DNA from: a virus
UHGV virus genome: UHGV-0382740
Reading direction: 5' to 3' (one strand)
Length of the DNA stretch: 40,093 nucleotides
The translations under genes were made by a program, and so were the position numbers. Position 1 is the stretch's first letter; every line of letters begins with the position of its first letter. Below are positions 1 to 9,001 of the stretch, piece by piece. The notes under the pieces are model-generated. The model worked only from the letters and a program-made list of their open reading frames with translations. It was not told where the DNA came from and made no database searches.

Positions 1-12
1 CAGGGAGAAATG

Positions 13-3000
13 TTAATATGCCAATCCTAATTGTCTGCCAGTTTTTTTTCGATACTCTCCCGCTCCTGACTTCCACAGATCAACTACATCATCCTTATTC
101 ACCCCTGGCTTTGCAAGTATCGCCCTAAGAAGGTCATTCTGTTCTCTTAACAGACGGTTCTGTTCTGCATTTGCCGTGTATACTGCATTTGCAATGCCGT
201 CCGTTATCTGATCCTTATTCGCTACGGCTGATCTTCCGCCAATACGCCCCACCATTTCTGGACCAGATTCATTTGCTATAAATAATTGTCCTCTATTCGG
301 GAATCCCCCCGCTGCAAATTTCTGTACCGGCACAATTTCAACGCTAGTTCCCTGGCCAATCCCAACAGCATCAGCTATGCCATCCCCAATGCCGCCAAAG
401 AAGTCATTAACTTTCTGTTTAAGCCAACCACCCATGGATAATATACCGTTCCACACACCTTTTAAGATGTTCTTGCCTATATCAATCATCTTACTAGGTA
501 GTTTGTTAAACCAGTCAATGATAGCATTCAGTATTTTAGGCACTTCTGTTCCTACCCATCCGATTGCATCTGTAGCCCATTGCACTATGGTGTCTTTGAA
601 CTTAATAATTGCATCATATATTTTTCCAGGAAGTTCCGTAAAGAATGCCACAATGTTTCCAATAATCTCCGTGACTTTCTCACTAAAGGTATTCCATGTT
701 TCAGTTGCCCACTGGACAACATTGTCTTTAAATTTAATGATAGCCTCATATATTTTTCCAGGTAATTCTGTAAAAAAGTTAACCACAGATTCAATGATTT
801 TAGGTACTTCCTCTTTTACTGTGGTGATCATGTTATTTACCCAGTCAACAATAGTACCTATAGCATATCCAATGGCATACCCGATTTTATATGGCAGCCC
901 ATCAAACCATTTTACGATATCGTTGATTATCCGGCTTATGGAAGTAGGGACACCCTTAAACCAGTCAATTAACCCATTCCATTTTTCAATGGAATAGCTA
1001 GATACCGTATCCCAAACCCCAGCAAACCAAGCTGGAATACCCTCGAAAAACGGAACTACCGTTCCTGTCCACCATGTAGGTATTGTATCTGTGAAAAACT
1101 GTACAATCTTGTCCCAATTTAAAATAATGGCTACTACTGCTGCTATAACAGCAGCAACTATTGCTGCACCTACGGCTATTGCAGCTGCGCTTGCCGCCGA
1201 TAAACCTGTCACAAATGAACCTATAGCCCCTAACGCGGTTCCTATTGCAGATGCAAAAGCAGCTAGTTTAGGAAAACATGCTGCAAAAGCTTCACCTAAT
1301 GTACCTGCCCCACCAGCCACCAGTTTGAGCATCTCAACCAGTTTAGAACCCGCTATTGCCGATGCAATCGCTTTTATACCTGTAACCAGTTTATTACCGG
1401 TTAGAAATGCCACAAAACTTTTGATAACGCTTACGGCCGTGTTCAGTCCCTTAAAGGCCAGCATTGCCGTTGCAATCGCTCCGATTCCATATCCTATCGC
1501 TCTGGCTGTTTCTGGGTCAATCTTTCCGATAGCTGTCGCCAGGGCATCAATTCCGCCCGGCACTACAACATTTATGAAATCTGCCCCCAGCGCTGCCATG
1601 TCCTCGTAAAAGTCCAGCAGCCCCTCCCCAACGGCCTGTGCAAATGGCTCCAAGACAGACCACAGGTTCCGCAATGCCTCATTGATGGCCGTCCAGTTTA
1701 TCGTAGTGAGGAAGGAATTGGTTATGTCAATAAATCGCGGGAATCCCTCTCCCAATGCCCAGTTTCCAAGCGGTTTAAGGAAGTAGTCCCAGAAGTCTTT
1801 AAGACCTGTCCAGGCAAAGTTGCCAAGCTGTGACAGCCCTTCATCCCACAGTCTCTTTAATGCTTCCACTGTTGGGTCTGCGGCAGCCATCAGGTCATTA
1901 AGGATATCACGGATTCTCTGTGCTGCGGCCTCTATCTCTGGGTTTACAGTCACATCTCCGAATAGTTCTCCTGACATACTTCCGAAATCAGGAATATCAC
2001 CACCTGCGCCACCAGAGCCGCTCCCACTGGAACCACGGCTGGAACTGAGGTTGTTTAATTCATCAAAACCGGCAAGCTGCTTATTCATCTCCTTTGCAGA
2101 CTTGGCTGCATCAGACATGTTCCCGGCAACCGCGCCAGAGGAACCAACTGCATTAGACATAGCATCAGCCGCATCTGTTACTGGATCTCCGCCTCCCGAA
2201 GCATCACCAAACAGAGCCGCTGTGAATGCCTTGAAATAGCTCGCAAGCACCTGGAGTTTAGCAATAATGGTATTGATTACTTGGATAACAGGAGTAAATG
2301 CATTGATTAATCCCTGACCGATGGTAGCCTTTAACGATTCAAACCGCAATGTAAGAACTCGCACCTGGTTAGCCCATGAATCGCTCGTCCTAGCAAAATC
2401 TCCAGACGCATCCGACAGCTGCGCCATAACAAATTGATACCGGAGCATAACTTTTTCCTGCTCGGTCATCTTCGCCGTGGTTTTACCAAAGCCATTGTTT
2501 AAGGCATACTGGTCTAAGGCTGTCTGGGTCATAACAACGCCGAGATCCTTGAGCGATTCTGTTTCACCCGTGAAAATGCTCTTGAGTTTTAAATAGGCAA
2601 CATCCTGTGATAAGTTGTAAAATGATGCTACGTCACCTGTAAGACCCGTAATGGCCGCTGACATGTCATATCCGGCCTTTCCAGTAATTCCAAAGGATTT
2701 CGCCATAGCTCCATATGTACCCATGTATTTCTTGGCCATTGTTTCCGACAAGCCGAATGATTTTGCTGCATCTTGTGCAAACTCATTTACCTTGCCGGAC
2801 ATGGATCCAAAGGTGACATCCACCACATTTTGGACTTCCGCAAGGTCCGAACCAAGGTCAATGCACGACTTTCCAAACGCAACAATGGCACCGATACTCA
2901 GTACCGATGCCAATATGGCCCCAACCTTTTTCCATGAGTTTGCTATCCTGGCTGTCTGCCGCGCAATCCGGTCCGTAACCTGTGCCGTCTTGGCCTGCAC

Positions 3001-3096
3001 TTTTTCCATCTGCTCCTGATATGGCTTCGTGTAAGCTTCTATGATAACTTTAAGCTTTTCAAGTGTTATTCCGCTTCCGTCCGTTATCCTCACCAC
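13..3096 (-). CDS. Tail tape measure protein, 1027 aa, complete with TAA stop at 13..15.
   Basis: It is very long and Ala/Gly-rich, with predicted transmembrane-like hydrophobic stretches and a Gly/Ser-rich linker. It has 44-aa internal tandem repeats (FFTELPGKIY...). It sits directly downstream of the G/GT chaperone pair. Confidence 0.85.
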   Translation of the reverse strand: MVRITDGSGITLEKLKVIIEAYTKPYQEQMEKVQAKTAQVTDRIARQTARIANSWKKVGAILASVLSIGAIVAFGKSCIDLGSDLAEVQNVVDVTFGSMSGKVNEFAQDAAKSFGLSETMAKKYMGTYGAMAKSFGITGKAGYDMSAAITGLTGDVASFYNLSQDVAYLKLKSIFTGETESLKDLGVVMTQTALDQYALNNGFGKTTAKMTEQEKVMLRYQFVMAQLSDASGDFARTSDSWANQVRVLTLRFESLKATIGQGLINAFTPVIQVINTIIAKLQVLASYFKAFTAALFGDASGGGDPVTDAADAMSNAVGSSGAVAGNMSDAAKSAKEMNKQLAGFDELNNLSSSRGSSGSGSGGAGGDIPDFGSMSGELFGDVTVNPEIEAAAQRIRDILNDLMAAADPTVEALKRLWDEGLSQLGNFAWTGLKDFWDYFLKPLGNWALGEGFPRFIDITNSFLTTINWTAINEALRNLWSVLEPFAQAVGEGLLDFYEDMAALGADFINVVVPGGIDALATAIGKIDPETARAIGYGIGAIATAMLAFKGLNTAVSVIKSFVAFLTGNKLVTGIKAIASAIAGSKLVEMLKLVAGGAGTLGEAFAACFPKLAAFASAIGTALGAIGSFVTGLSAASAAAIAVGAAIVAAVIAAVVAIILNWDKIVQFFTDTIPTWWTGTVVPFFEGIPAWFAGVWDTVSSYSIEKWNGLIDWFKGVPTSISRIINDIVKWFDGLPYKIGYAIGYAIGTIVDWVNNMITTVKEEVPKIIESVVNFFTELPGKIYEAIIKFKDNVVQWATETWNTFSEKVTEIIGNIVAFFTELPGKIYDAIIKFKDTIVQWATDAIGWVGTEVPKILNAIIDWFNKLPSKMIDIGKNILKGVWNGILSMGGWLKQKVNDFFGGIGDGIADAVGIGQGTSVEIVPVQKFAAGGFPNRGQLFIANESGPEMVGRIGGRSAVANKDQITDGIANAVYTANAEQNRLLREQNDLLRAILAKPGVNKDDVVDLWKSGAGEYRKKTGRQLGLAY
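579..860. repeat. About 132-bp tandem repeat inside the tape measure gene, about 2.5 copies.
   Basis: tgtctttgaacttaataattgcatcatatatttttccagg at 591..630 recurs as tgtctttaaatttaatgatagcctcatatatttttccagg at 723..762. The protein repeat is FFTELPGKIY(E/D)AIIKFKD. Confidence 0.7.
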
Positions 3097-3113
3097 CTTC
3101 CTGCGCTATATTT

Positions 3114-3566
3114 TCAGCTTAACCCCCGCCGCCTGCGCATCTCATTGTATCTTGCGGCATACTCCCTGCGTGATTCCCTGGCCCGTTCCAACTCCTCCGC
3201 CTTCTGCCGCTCTTCAAACGTTTTTTTCTCATCTGCAAACAATTCCGGGTATGCATCCCACACATGCGGCAGAGTTATTTCATTTTTATCATCAAACAGC
3301 TTCTGCATATGTATTCCCAAGAGATCCGCAAGCTGGAAGCGTGAGGATATTTCCTCCTTCACTCGCCGCTGTTCTTTCCGGGCGTATGACTCCATCAAGT
3401 CCCGGACCTCTCCAAGCGAATACTCCCAGAACTCCCCCGGTCTTATCCCGCAGTCTAGTGCTAAAGGATAAAGATCATAAATGAGATCGGATATGGTTAC
3501 ATCTCGTCCTTGAGATCCTCCCTCTTGTCCATCACACTCTCCCTCTGGTTCTCCGTAAAAAAACCA
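3114..3566 (-). CDS. Tail assembly chaperone -1 frameshift extension, gpT-like. It would be made as a G-T fusion.
   Basis: The -1 frame is open without stops from the T7 slippery site (plus 3557..3563) to the annotated 3114..3398 ORF. This is the canonical G/GT arrangement upstream of the tape measure gene. Confidence 0.55.
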   Translation of the reverse strand, partial: WFFYGEPEGECDGQEGGSQGRDVTISDLIYDLYPLALDCGIRPGEFWEYSLGEVRDLMESYARKEQRRVKEEISSRFQLADLLGIHMQKLFDDKNEITLPHVWDAYPELFADEKKTFEERQKAEELERARESRREYAARYNEMRRRRGLS

Positions 3567-3931
3567 CTCACCAGCATAATTTCCATGATGACATCAACCA
3601 TGAGGTCCATTTGGGTGCCGCCTTCATCCGCATACTGGTCATACAGGGCCTGTACATCCTTATATTTAACACCATGTTTCCAGGGCGTCATGGCCGCCTG
3701 AATCACAGTAAGCATGATTCCCAACTGTGGCAATCCACCACTCTGCATAATCAATGTCACCAGATTACAGCGGAATTTTTCTTCCAATTTACAAATCTGC
3801 TGGGTGGTAAGCTTAAGTTTGTAATCTTCTCCACCAACAGTCCAATATGCAAATGCCTTTCTTCTATTTTTAAGTTCTTCAACTGTTTCAACCTTTTTCT
3901 CGTTCTCTTCGTCCATTCCAAATTGTCCCAT
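3497..3931 (-). CDS. Tail assembly chaperone, gpG-like, 144 aa.
   Basis: Small acidic ORF between the major tail protein and the tape measure gene. It has an A7/U7 slippery run near its 3' end. Confidence 0.6.
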   Translation of the reverse strand: MGQFGMDEENEKKVETVEELKNRRKAFAYWTVGGEDYKLKLTTQQICKLEEKFRCNLVTLIMQSGGLPQLGIMLTVIQAAMTPWKHGVKYKDVQALYDQYADEGGTQMDLMVDVIMEIMLVSGFFTENQRESVMDKREDLKDEM

Positions 3932-3949
3932 ATTCCATTATCCTCCTTA

Positions 3950-4360
3950 TTATGTAGGGTCCGTCACGGTCAAATCGCTCTGTAATGATATTGCAAGATT
4001 AAATTCAATCACACCGTTTACTCCGCCACCAGTTCTTTTTACGGATACCTGTCCGTCAAATTCTGTTGTGGTACCGTCAATCAGTGTTTCCTGGAATGAC
4101 AATACCTCTCCTGCATCCTGTGCTGCCCTCATGACACGGTACGGGCAGTCAGCTTTGGAATTATCATACTTAAATTTGTATGTAATATCGCCAGCATCAC
4201 CAATACCATTTTCATACTGCTTATTTTTGTCAGTCAGACAGGTATTCTCTACCTTCTCTGGTTCAATACCCATTTCCGGAATTTCTTTAAGCCCTGGAAG
4301 GTCTGTAAATGTAGAGCCTCCTGACTTCTTATATCCCAATTTTGCGCCATTAGCTAACAT
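3950..4360 (-). CDS. Major tail tube protein, 136 aa.
   Basis: Position immediately upstream of the G/GT chaperones. It is small and Gly/Thr-rich, as tail tube proteins are. Confidence 0.55.
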   Translation of the reverse strand: MLANGAKLGYKKSGGSTFTDLPGLKEIPEMGIEPEKVENTCLTDKNKQYENGIGDAGDITYKFKYDNSKADCPYRVMRAAQDAGEVLSFQETLIDGTTTEFDGQVSVKRTGGGVNGVIEFNLAISLQSDLTVTDPT

Positions 4361-4374
4361 CCAATTCTCCTTTC

Positions 4375-4734
4375 TTACATGTTGTGATAGACCTCTTTGG
4401 TATCTACATCAATCACCATTTCATACCTCATCTGTTTGTGCTTTCTACCACTCGGATCATCCACATCCTGGCTTCCTGTACGCAACAGGCCCAGCTTTTC
4501 AATTGCGGCATCTACAGCTACGGCTGCAGCAGTTGTACTTTTTCTGTGCCATATATCTATCCTATACCTGATATACGCCTTCTGCTCCCTCATATCTGTA
4601 TACTCGACAACCTTGTTGTCCTCTTCCATATACTGAATGGATAAGTCCTTCTCCCAGTCCTTAGGATAACAGTCCGTCACATTGTCTGTGACCGTAAGCA
4701 GCGCAGCATATACCTCATCCTTAACATTGATCAT
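4375..4734 (-). CDS. Tail terminator or tail completion protein, 119 aa.
   Basis: Synteny between the head-tail joining genes and the major tail protein. ATGA overlap with the upstream gene. Confidence 0.4.
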   Translation of the reverse strand: MINVKDEVYAALLTVTDNVTDCYPKDWEKDLSIQYMEEDNKVVEYTDMREQKAYIRYRIDIWHRKSTTAAAVAVDAAIEKLGLLRTGSQDVDDPSGRKHKQMRYEMVIDVDTKEVYHNM

Positions 4735-5255
4735 TACTTACACGCCTTTCTTAATTCTCGTTTCAGGGCATTCTCCAGCCTCTCCACTACCTTGTCCTCA
4801 TTATCCTTTAAGGCAGGATACATAAATGGCTGCGCCGGTTGGCCTGTACACTGGTAAAACCGTCCATCTGGAGTATCCAAATAAAACCAGTGATATTCTT
4901 CAGCTGCTTCTTTGTCCACCTGGCTCTCATGTATCCACCAGGGAGACATTGTGTACGCTGGATTGGAGACAGGGGATATCCCTGAATGGTTTGCGGCACC
5001 TTTGGGGCCGGTACCCATCTCAACATACATAGCGTAGGCTTTATTGGTGTAAATGGTCCCAATTATCCTGTCATCCATGCTCTCTGTCATTGACTTGATG
5101 CTATTTCTCAATTCTCCATGTCGGACGGGACATAACAGCTTGGCTTCTGCTTGTATGCGTTTGGACTGCTGCCCCACAAGCCGCTCCATTTGCTGATCAC
5201 AAACCTGCTCCAATGCTGCAAACTTTCTTTCCAACTCTTTTTGACCTTGAATCAT
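4734..5255 (-). CDS. HK97 gp10-like head-tail joining or tail-component protein, 173 aa.
   Basis: Synteny and size. Translationally coupled to neighbours. Confidence 0.4.
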   Translation of the reverse strand: MIQGQKELERKFAALEQVCDQQMERLVGQQSKRIQAEAKLLCPVRHGELRNSIKSMTESMDDRIIGTIYTNKAYAMYVEMGTGPKGAANHSGISPVSNPAYTMSPWWIHESQVDKEAAEEYHWFYLDTPDGRFYQCTGQPAQPFMYPALKDNEDKVVERLENALKRELRKACK

Positions 5256-5623
5256 AACTTTTCCACCTCCAGCGTCAGGAACCGGTAAGGGTATATAGCA
5301 ACTACCCTATAATCCGGCTCCGCCTCTCCAGAGACATACAGGCATATCCCATCATTGGCCGTAATGATCGGGCCATCAGCAATTGCATAGCTTACTTTAC
5401 CGGATCCCGGTACTTCCTGATAGGTTCCTTGGATTCTAAGGTTACGGATATTAGGCAATCGCTGCCCATACATCTCAGCCTGTACTTTTCCGCCTGCCGA
5501 CCACTCCTCGGCCTGGAAGGATACAGCCGGTCCATACTCCGTATATGCGCTTCCCTCACTGTCCTTTTTAGGTATTGCTGCCCGGTGATGGTACGTCCCC
5601 AGCCTGCTCCGTCTTAGCCTCAT
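5252..5623 (-). CDS. Head-tail adaptor or head closure protein, 123 aa.
   Basis: Synteny downstream of the gp6-like connector. Confidence 0.45.
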   Translation of the reverse strand: MRLRRSRLGTYHHRAAIPKKDSEGSAYTEYGPAVSFQAEEWSAGGKVQAEMYGQRLPNIRNLRIQGTYQEVPGSGKVSYAIADGPIITANDGICLYVSGEAEPDYRVVAIYPYRFLTLEVEKL

Positions 5624-5918
5624 ACGTCCTGCCTCCTATCCGTGCCAACCTGTACCTGTCCAGTGTGTCATAAATGTGCTTTGGGGCGTTATCAAAGCTG
5701 TATGATTCCCCTCCGCCACTCCTGCTGGACTCGCCCTCGGTCCCCATCCGGTTAAGGGCTATCACGGCCAAGTCACGTACGGCCTTTTCCAGACCTGTTA
5801 CTATCTTTGTACGTCCAGTATAGGACAGCACAAAAGCCGTGGCGTCATCCAGCAAAAGAGAGAGTAATACCTCATCACTCTCCCCTGTCAGTTTTTTCAG
5901 TATTTCGATGTCAGTCAT
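5568..5918 (-). CDS. gp6-like head-tail connector protein, 116 aa.
   Basis: N-terminus MTDIEILKKLTGESDEVLLSLLLDDATAFVLSYTGR is typical of the gp6/gp15 connector family. It lies after the capsid gene. Confidence 0.55.
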   Translation of the reverse strand: MTDIEILKKLTGESDEVLLSLLLDDATAFVLSYTGRTKIVTGLEKAVRDLAVIALNRMGTEGESSRSGGGESYSFDNAPKHIYDTLDRYRLARIGGRTYEAKTEQAGDVPSPGSNT

Positions 5919-6159
5919 CCATGGTCACATCCTTAAGGACCGCCAGCAATTCCGCCTTGGTCAGGGATCCGGCCCCTTCTATCCCCTTTTTCTTTGCCAG
6001 GGACTTTAATTCAGCAACGGACATTTTATCAGGAGATTTATCCTCCGACCCTACCGTTTCCGTGGCTGTACTTCCGATTTCCTGGAACCCCAAGGCTTTC
6101 AGCTTGTCCGCCTGTTCACCATCTGCAACCCGCTCCACATTATCCTTAATCAGCCTCAT
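5911..6159 (-). CDS. Small protein with a Rho-N/SAP-like (HeH) motif, 82 aa.
   Basis: C-terminal SVAELKSLAKKKGIEGAGSLTKAELLAVL resembles Rho N-terminal/SAP DNA-binding helices. It sits between the capsid and connector genes. Confidence 0.35.
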   Translation of the reverse strand: MRLIKDNVERVADGEQADKLKALGFQEIGSTATETVGSEDKSPDKMSVAELKSLAKKKGIEGAGSLTKAELLAVLKDVTMDD

Positions 6160-6170
6160 AAGCTACCTCC

Positions 6171-7112
6171 TTATCCCTCAGATGGGGCAGCATCTTTGAT
6201 ACTCAGATAGATGCTGTCCAGTTTATTATCCAGCACCCAGATGTCGTGGAACCTCCGGTAATCCATCTGCCATGCATTCAGTTTCTGGTTGATGGTAGGG
6301 TCAAAGATACGCATGATATCCTGCTTAGTGACTGCAATGGGTGTTGTGCGCGGGCAGACAAAAAAGTTGATATCCTTCGCTGTGGTTCCTTTCACATAGC
6401 CACCCTTTTCCTGCCCTGAGGTCTTACCATCGTAGATAGTAATTGCCGTATACATACGATTGGACGGGGTGGAGATAATCGGTACCTCATCAACAGAAGG
6501 AACCGCAGTCTCAATTCCCCCTTTTGAAAACGTGGTACTTGTAATCTTCCCAGACAGCTCCATTTCCAATTCTATGATCATATCAGGTGTGGCATGGATT
6601 ACAAGCGGGCCATTGTACAGTTCCCGGATTGCCTTGATCCCTTCCTTGATTTTCCGAAGGGCCGATGTCCCGGTGGCTCCCGGTGTATAACCATAGGACA
6701 CCATGCCAGCCTTCTTCGCCGTGATTGTCTCTGTTGCAATCTTACTGATACGGTATGCATCAATCTCGGGAACCACAAACGTCCGCTGGAATTCTCCCAT
6801 GACTGCGGCTGCTGTGGTCACAAAGTTGTTCTCGTTAATGTCGACAGGATCAATCTGGAACTTGCGGCCCCTATCCTGGGTCATCTTCCTGGTTTCATAC
6901 TCCAAGGTAACTCCACCCTGCTGGTATCCATTGTCCCGATCATAGTCACCCAAGCCCTGGACGCTCATCTTCGGGATCTTTACCTCTGCACCTCCGTTAT
7001 AAATCACCTGTCCAGCATTTGCATCCATCCATCCTGTAACGGCCTCCCGGATTGCTACCTTATCCAAAGTGTTCTGAAAAAGTGTTGCTGTTGCTAATGT
7101 GTTAATTGCCAT
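6171..7112 (-). CDS. Major capsid protein, 313 aa.
   Basis: Size and position after the scaffold gene. Strong RBS. Confidence 0.7.
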   Translation of the reverse strand: MAINTLATATLFQNTLDKVAIREAVTGWMDANAGQVIYNGGAEVKIPKMSVQGLGDYDRDNGYQQGGVTLEYETRKMTQDRGRKFQIDPVDINENNFVTTAAAVMGEFQRTFVVPEIDAYRISKIATETITAKKAGMVSYGYTPGATGTSALRKIKEGIKAIRELYNGPLVIHATPDMIIELEMELSGKITSTTFSKGGIETAVPSVDEVPIISTPSNRMYTAITIYDGKTSGQEKGGYVKGTTAKDINFFVCPRTTPIAVTKQDIMRIFDPTINQKLNAWQMDYRRFHDIWVLDNKLDSIYLSIKDAAPSEG

Positions 7113-7131
7113 AGTCTTCTATCATCCTTTC

Positions 7132-7773
7132 TTATATGCTTCCCATCATCAGGTTTTCTACCTGTTTTGCAAGATCATCATCTCCACCTGTTGGTGCTTT
7201 CTTCGGCGGCGTACCGCCCTTCAGCTTCTCTTCCACAGCAGCCTGTACGGCCTCCTGGAAGGCTTTCTCTACAGCAACCATGGATTTATTACATGATTCC
7301 GCATCCGTGTAATTCAACACTTCTGCAAGCCCTACAGGTAGTTTCTTTTCAGCCAGCGTATTCTTTGCCTCGGCCATCAGCTCCCGGCGGGTTATGTCCG
7401 CTTCACGGGCTGCCAATGCTTTCTCATGTTTCTGTTGCAAGTATAAGGCTTTCTCTTCTTTCGTCATCTTTGCCAGCTTTTCAGCCTCGGATAGTTTATC
7501 ATCCGTAAGAACCTTCCACTTCTCCTGTGCTTTTGCAAGTGCTGTCTCAATGCCCTTTTGCATCCTACGATCAAACTCAGCTTGGTGACCATCCTTTAAT
7601 ATGTCATCAAATGATGGGGGATCTGCCTTCCCTCTTTCTTCCCCGGATGTTCCACTGTTCTCACCTTCAGCTCCGTCACCATTGCCGCCTTCGGCCCCAG
7701 CGCCGTCTCCACTTGCTGCAAAAAGTTGCAGGTTCATTGGCACTCGTTCCCTGCTATGTGATTCTTTTCTCAT
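7132..7773 (-). CDS. Scaffolding protein, 213 aa.
   Basis: Acidic, charged, helical protein with a Gly/Ala/Glu-rich N-terminus, located between the minor head protein and the capsid gene. Confidence 0.6.
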   Translation of the reverse strand: MRKESHSRERVPMNLQLFAASGDGAGAEGGNGDGAEGENSGTSGEERGKADPPSFDDILKDGHQAEFDRRMQKGIETALAKAQEKWKVLTDDKLSEAEKLAKMTKEEKALYLQQKHEKALAAREADITRRELMAEAKNTLAEKKLPVGLAEVLNYTDAESCNKSMVAVEKAFQEAVQAAVEEKLKGGTPPKKAPTGGDDDLAKQVENLMMGSI

Positions 7774-7915
7774 TAATTACTCCTTTCCGCCCCAGCCTGT
7801 TCATTCGCCCAAGCCGTTGCATAAAAATAACACCCAGGAAAGTCCCGCGTGTATATTCTCTATAATCGTCATTTTACTATTTCCCATTTTGTAGAGTGCT
7901 TTTCCTACGTTCATC

Positions 7916-9001
7916 TCACTTCTTTTTCATCCTTTTCAGTTCCTTTTCCTTTTCCTCAGCTTCTTTGTTTCCCTTGACATATTTATTATGCCACTGTTCG
8001 TATGTCATGTTAGCGGGTACTGTCTCTGCCCTACCAGTGGCTGGATTCCTGGCCCTTCGCTGCATCTGAGACAATTCATCATCCGAGATATCACAGATGG
8101 TTGTGGACCGGCACCATGGATGCATAGGCGGGCAATTAAAGCCGGGCTGCTGCTCAGACACCTTAAACCGTTTACCATCCAATTTCCGGCATACGGTTGA
8201 TGTCTTAAGATCCAGGGTTGCCACATAGATATATGTCTCAATGCCGCAATCCTCATAGGACTGCATTTCCATCTGGTTTGCCAAGTTGCAGGATTCAGTC
8301 CGTACCAATCTCCGGGCATTGCTGGCCCCCTGGGCATACTTGTTGGATATGATATCGGCCACCTCACTGTCAGTCCGACCTGTCACCATGTTGATCAGCA
8401 ACTCCTGCTTTAGGTCCTGCGCAAGCGCCCTGGTATTATGCCAGATACGGTCTGAGTAATTGGAACCAGACCATTTGCTGTTAATCACCCGGTCTATTGC
8501 CTTGTGATCTATCACGGCGAAAGAAAAACCCAGCCCCACCCGTTGCTGGATATCAAAGATGCTCTTATAATATGCCTCGTTGGCAAGGTCTACATAATGG
8601 CTTGTGCTCCTGACCTTCTCCTGCTTATAAATCTGCTGCATGGTCAGGTCAATCTGGTTCTGGAGTTGCTGGAGCCGTTCAAGCCGTGCCTGGAATGCTG
8701 GGCTTTCCAGTTCTGCAAGGATCTCTGCCGCTGTCTGTCCCCTTCCTGGCGCCCTTAATGCCTGTTTCAATTCATCCAGGGAGGTCTTGTCCTTTAAGTC
8801 ATTTAGCAGCCTGTAAGCCTCCGCATCCGTTAGATGATGCTTGCGCTTGTACCGTTCAAATATCTTATCCAACTCATGACTGATGTACCCTGATGCTTTT
8901 TGATACAGCTTTGCGATATCGTCCGCCGTATCCTCCGCAGACTGCATGTAATCAAACATCCTCTGGGCCTTCCGGCGCTCCCAGTATGACAGGCTACTCA
9001 T
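7916..9001 (-). CDS. Minor head protein or head morphogenesis protein (SPP1 gp7 / Mu F-like), 361 aa.
   Basis: The C-terminal region (VINSKWSGSNYSDRIWHNT...VRTESCNLANQ...YIYVATLDLKTSTVCRKLDGKRF) matches the Mu F / gp7 family. It lies downstream of the portal gene. Confidence 0.7.
   Translation of the reverse strand: MSSLSYWERRKAQRMFDYMQSAEDTADDIAKLYQKASGYISHELDKIFERYKRKHHLTDAEAYRLLNDLKDKTSLDELKQALRAPGRGQTAAEILAELESPAFQARLERLQQLQNQIDLTMQQIYKQEKVRSTSHYVDLANEAYYKSIFDIQQRVGLGFSFAVIDHKAIDRVINSKWSGSNYSDRIWHNTRALAQDLKQELLINMVTGRTDSEVADIISNKYAQGASNARRLVRTESCNLANQMEMQSYEDCGIETYIYVATLDLKTSTVCRKLDGKRFKVSEQQPGFNCPPMHPWCRSTTICDISDDELSQMQRRARNPATGRAETVPANMTYEQWHNKYVKGNKEAEEKEKELKRMKKK

Noticed and set aside
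377-2239. Plus-strand ORFs of 206, 172 and 139 aa overlapping the tape measure gene.
   Set aside because: They are antisense to a long, well-supported minus-strand gene. They have low-complexity Pro/Ser/Ala-rich translations and no RBS. These are typical shadow ORFs.
6460-7097. Plus-strand ORFs inside the capsid gene.
   Set aside because: Antisense shadow ORFs with Cys/His-rich nonsense composition.
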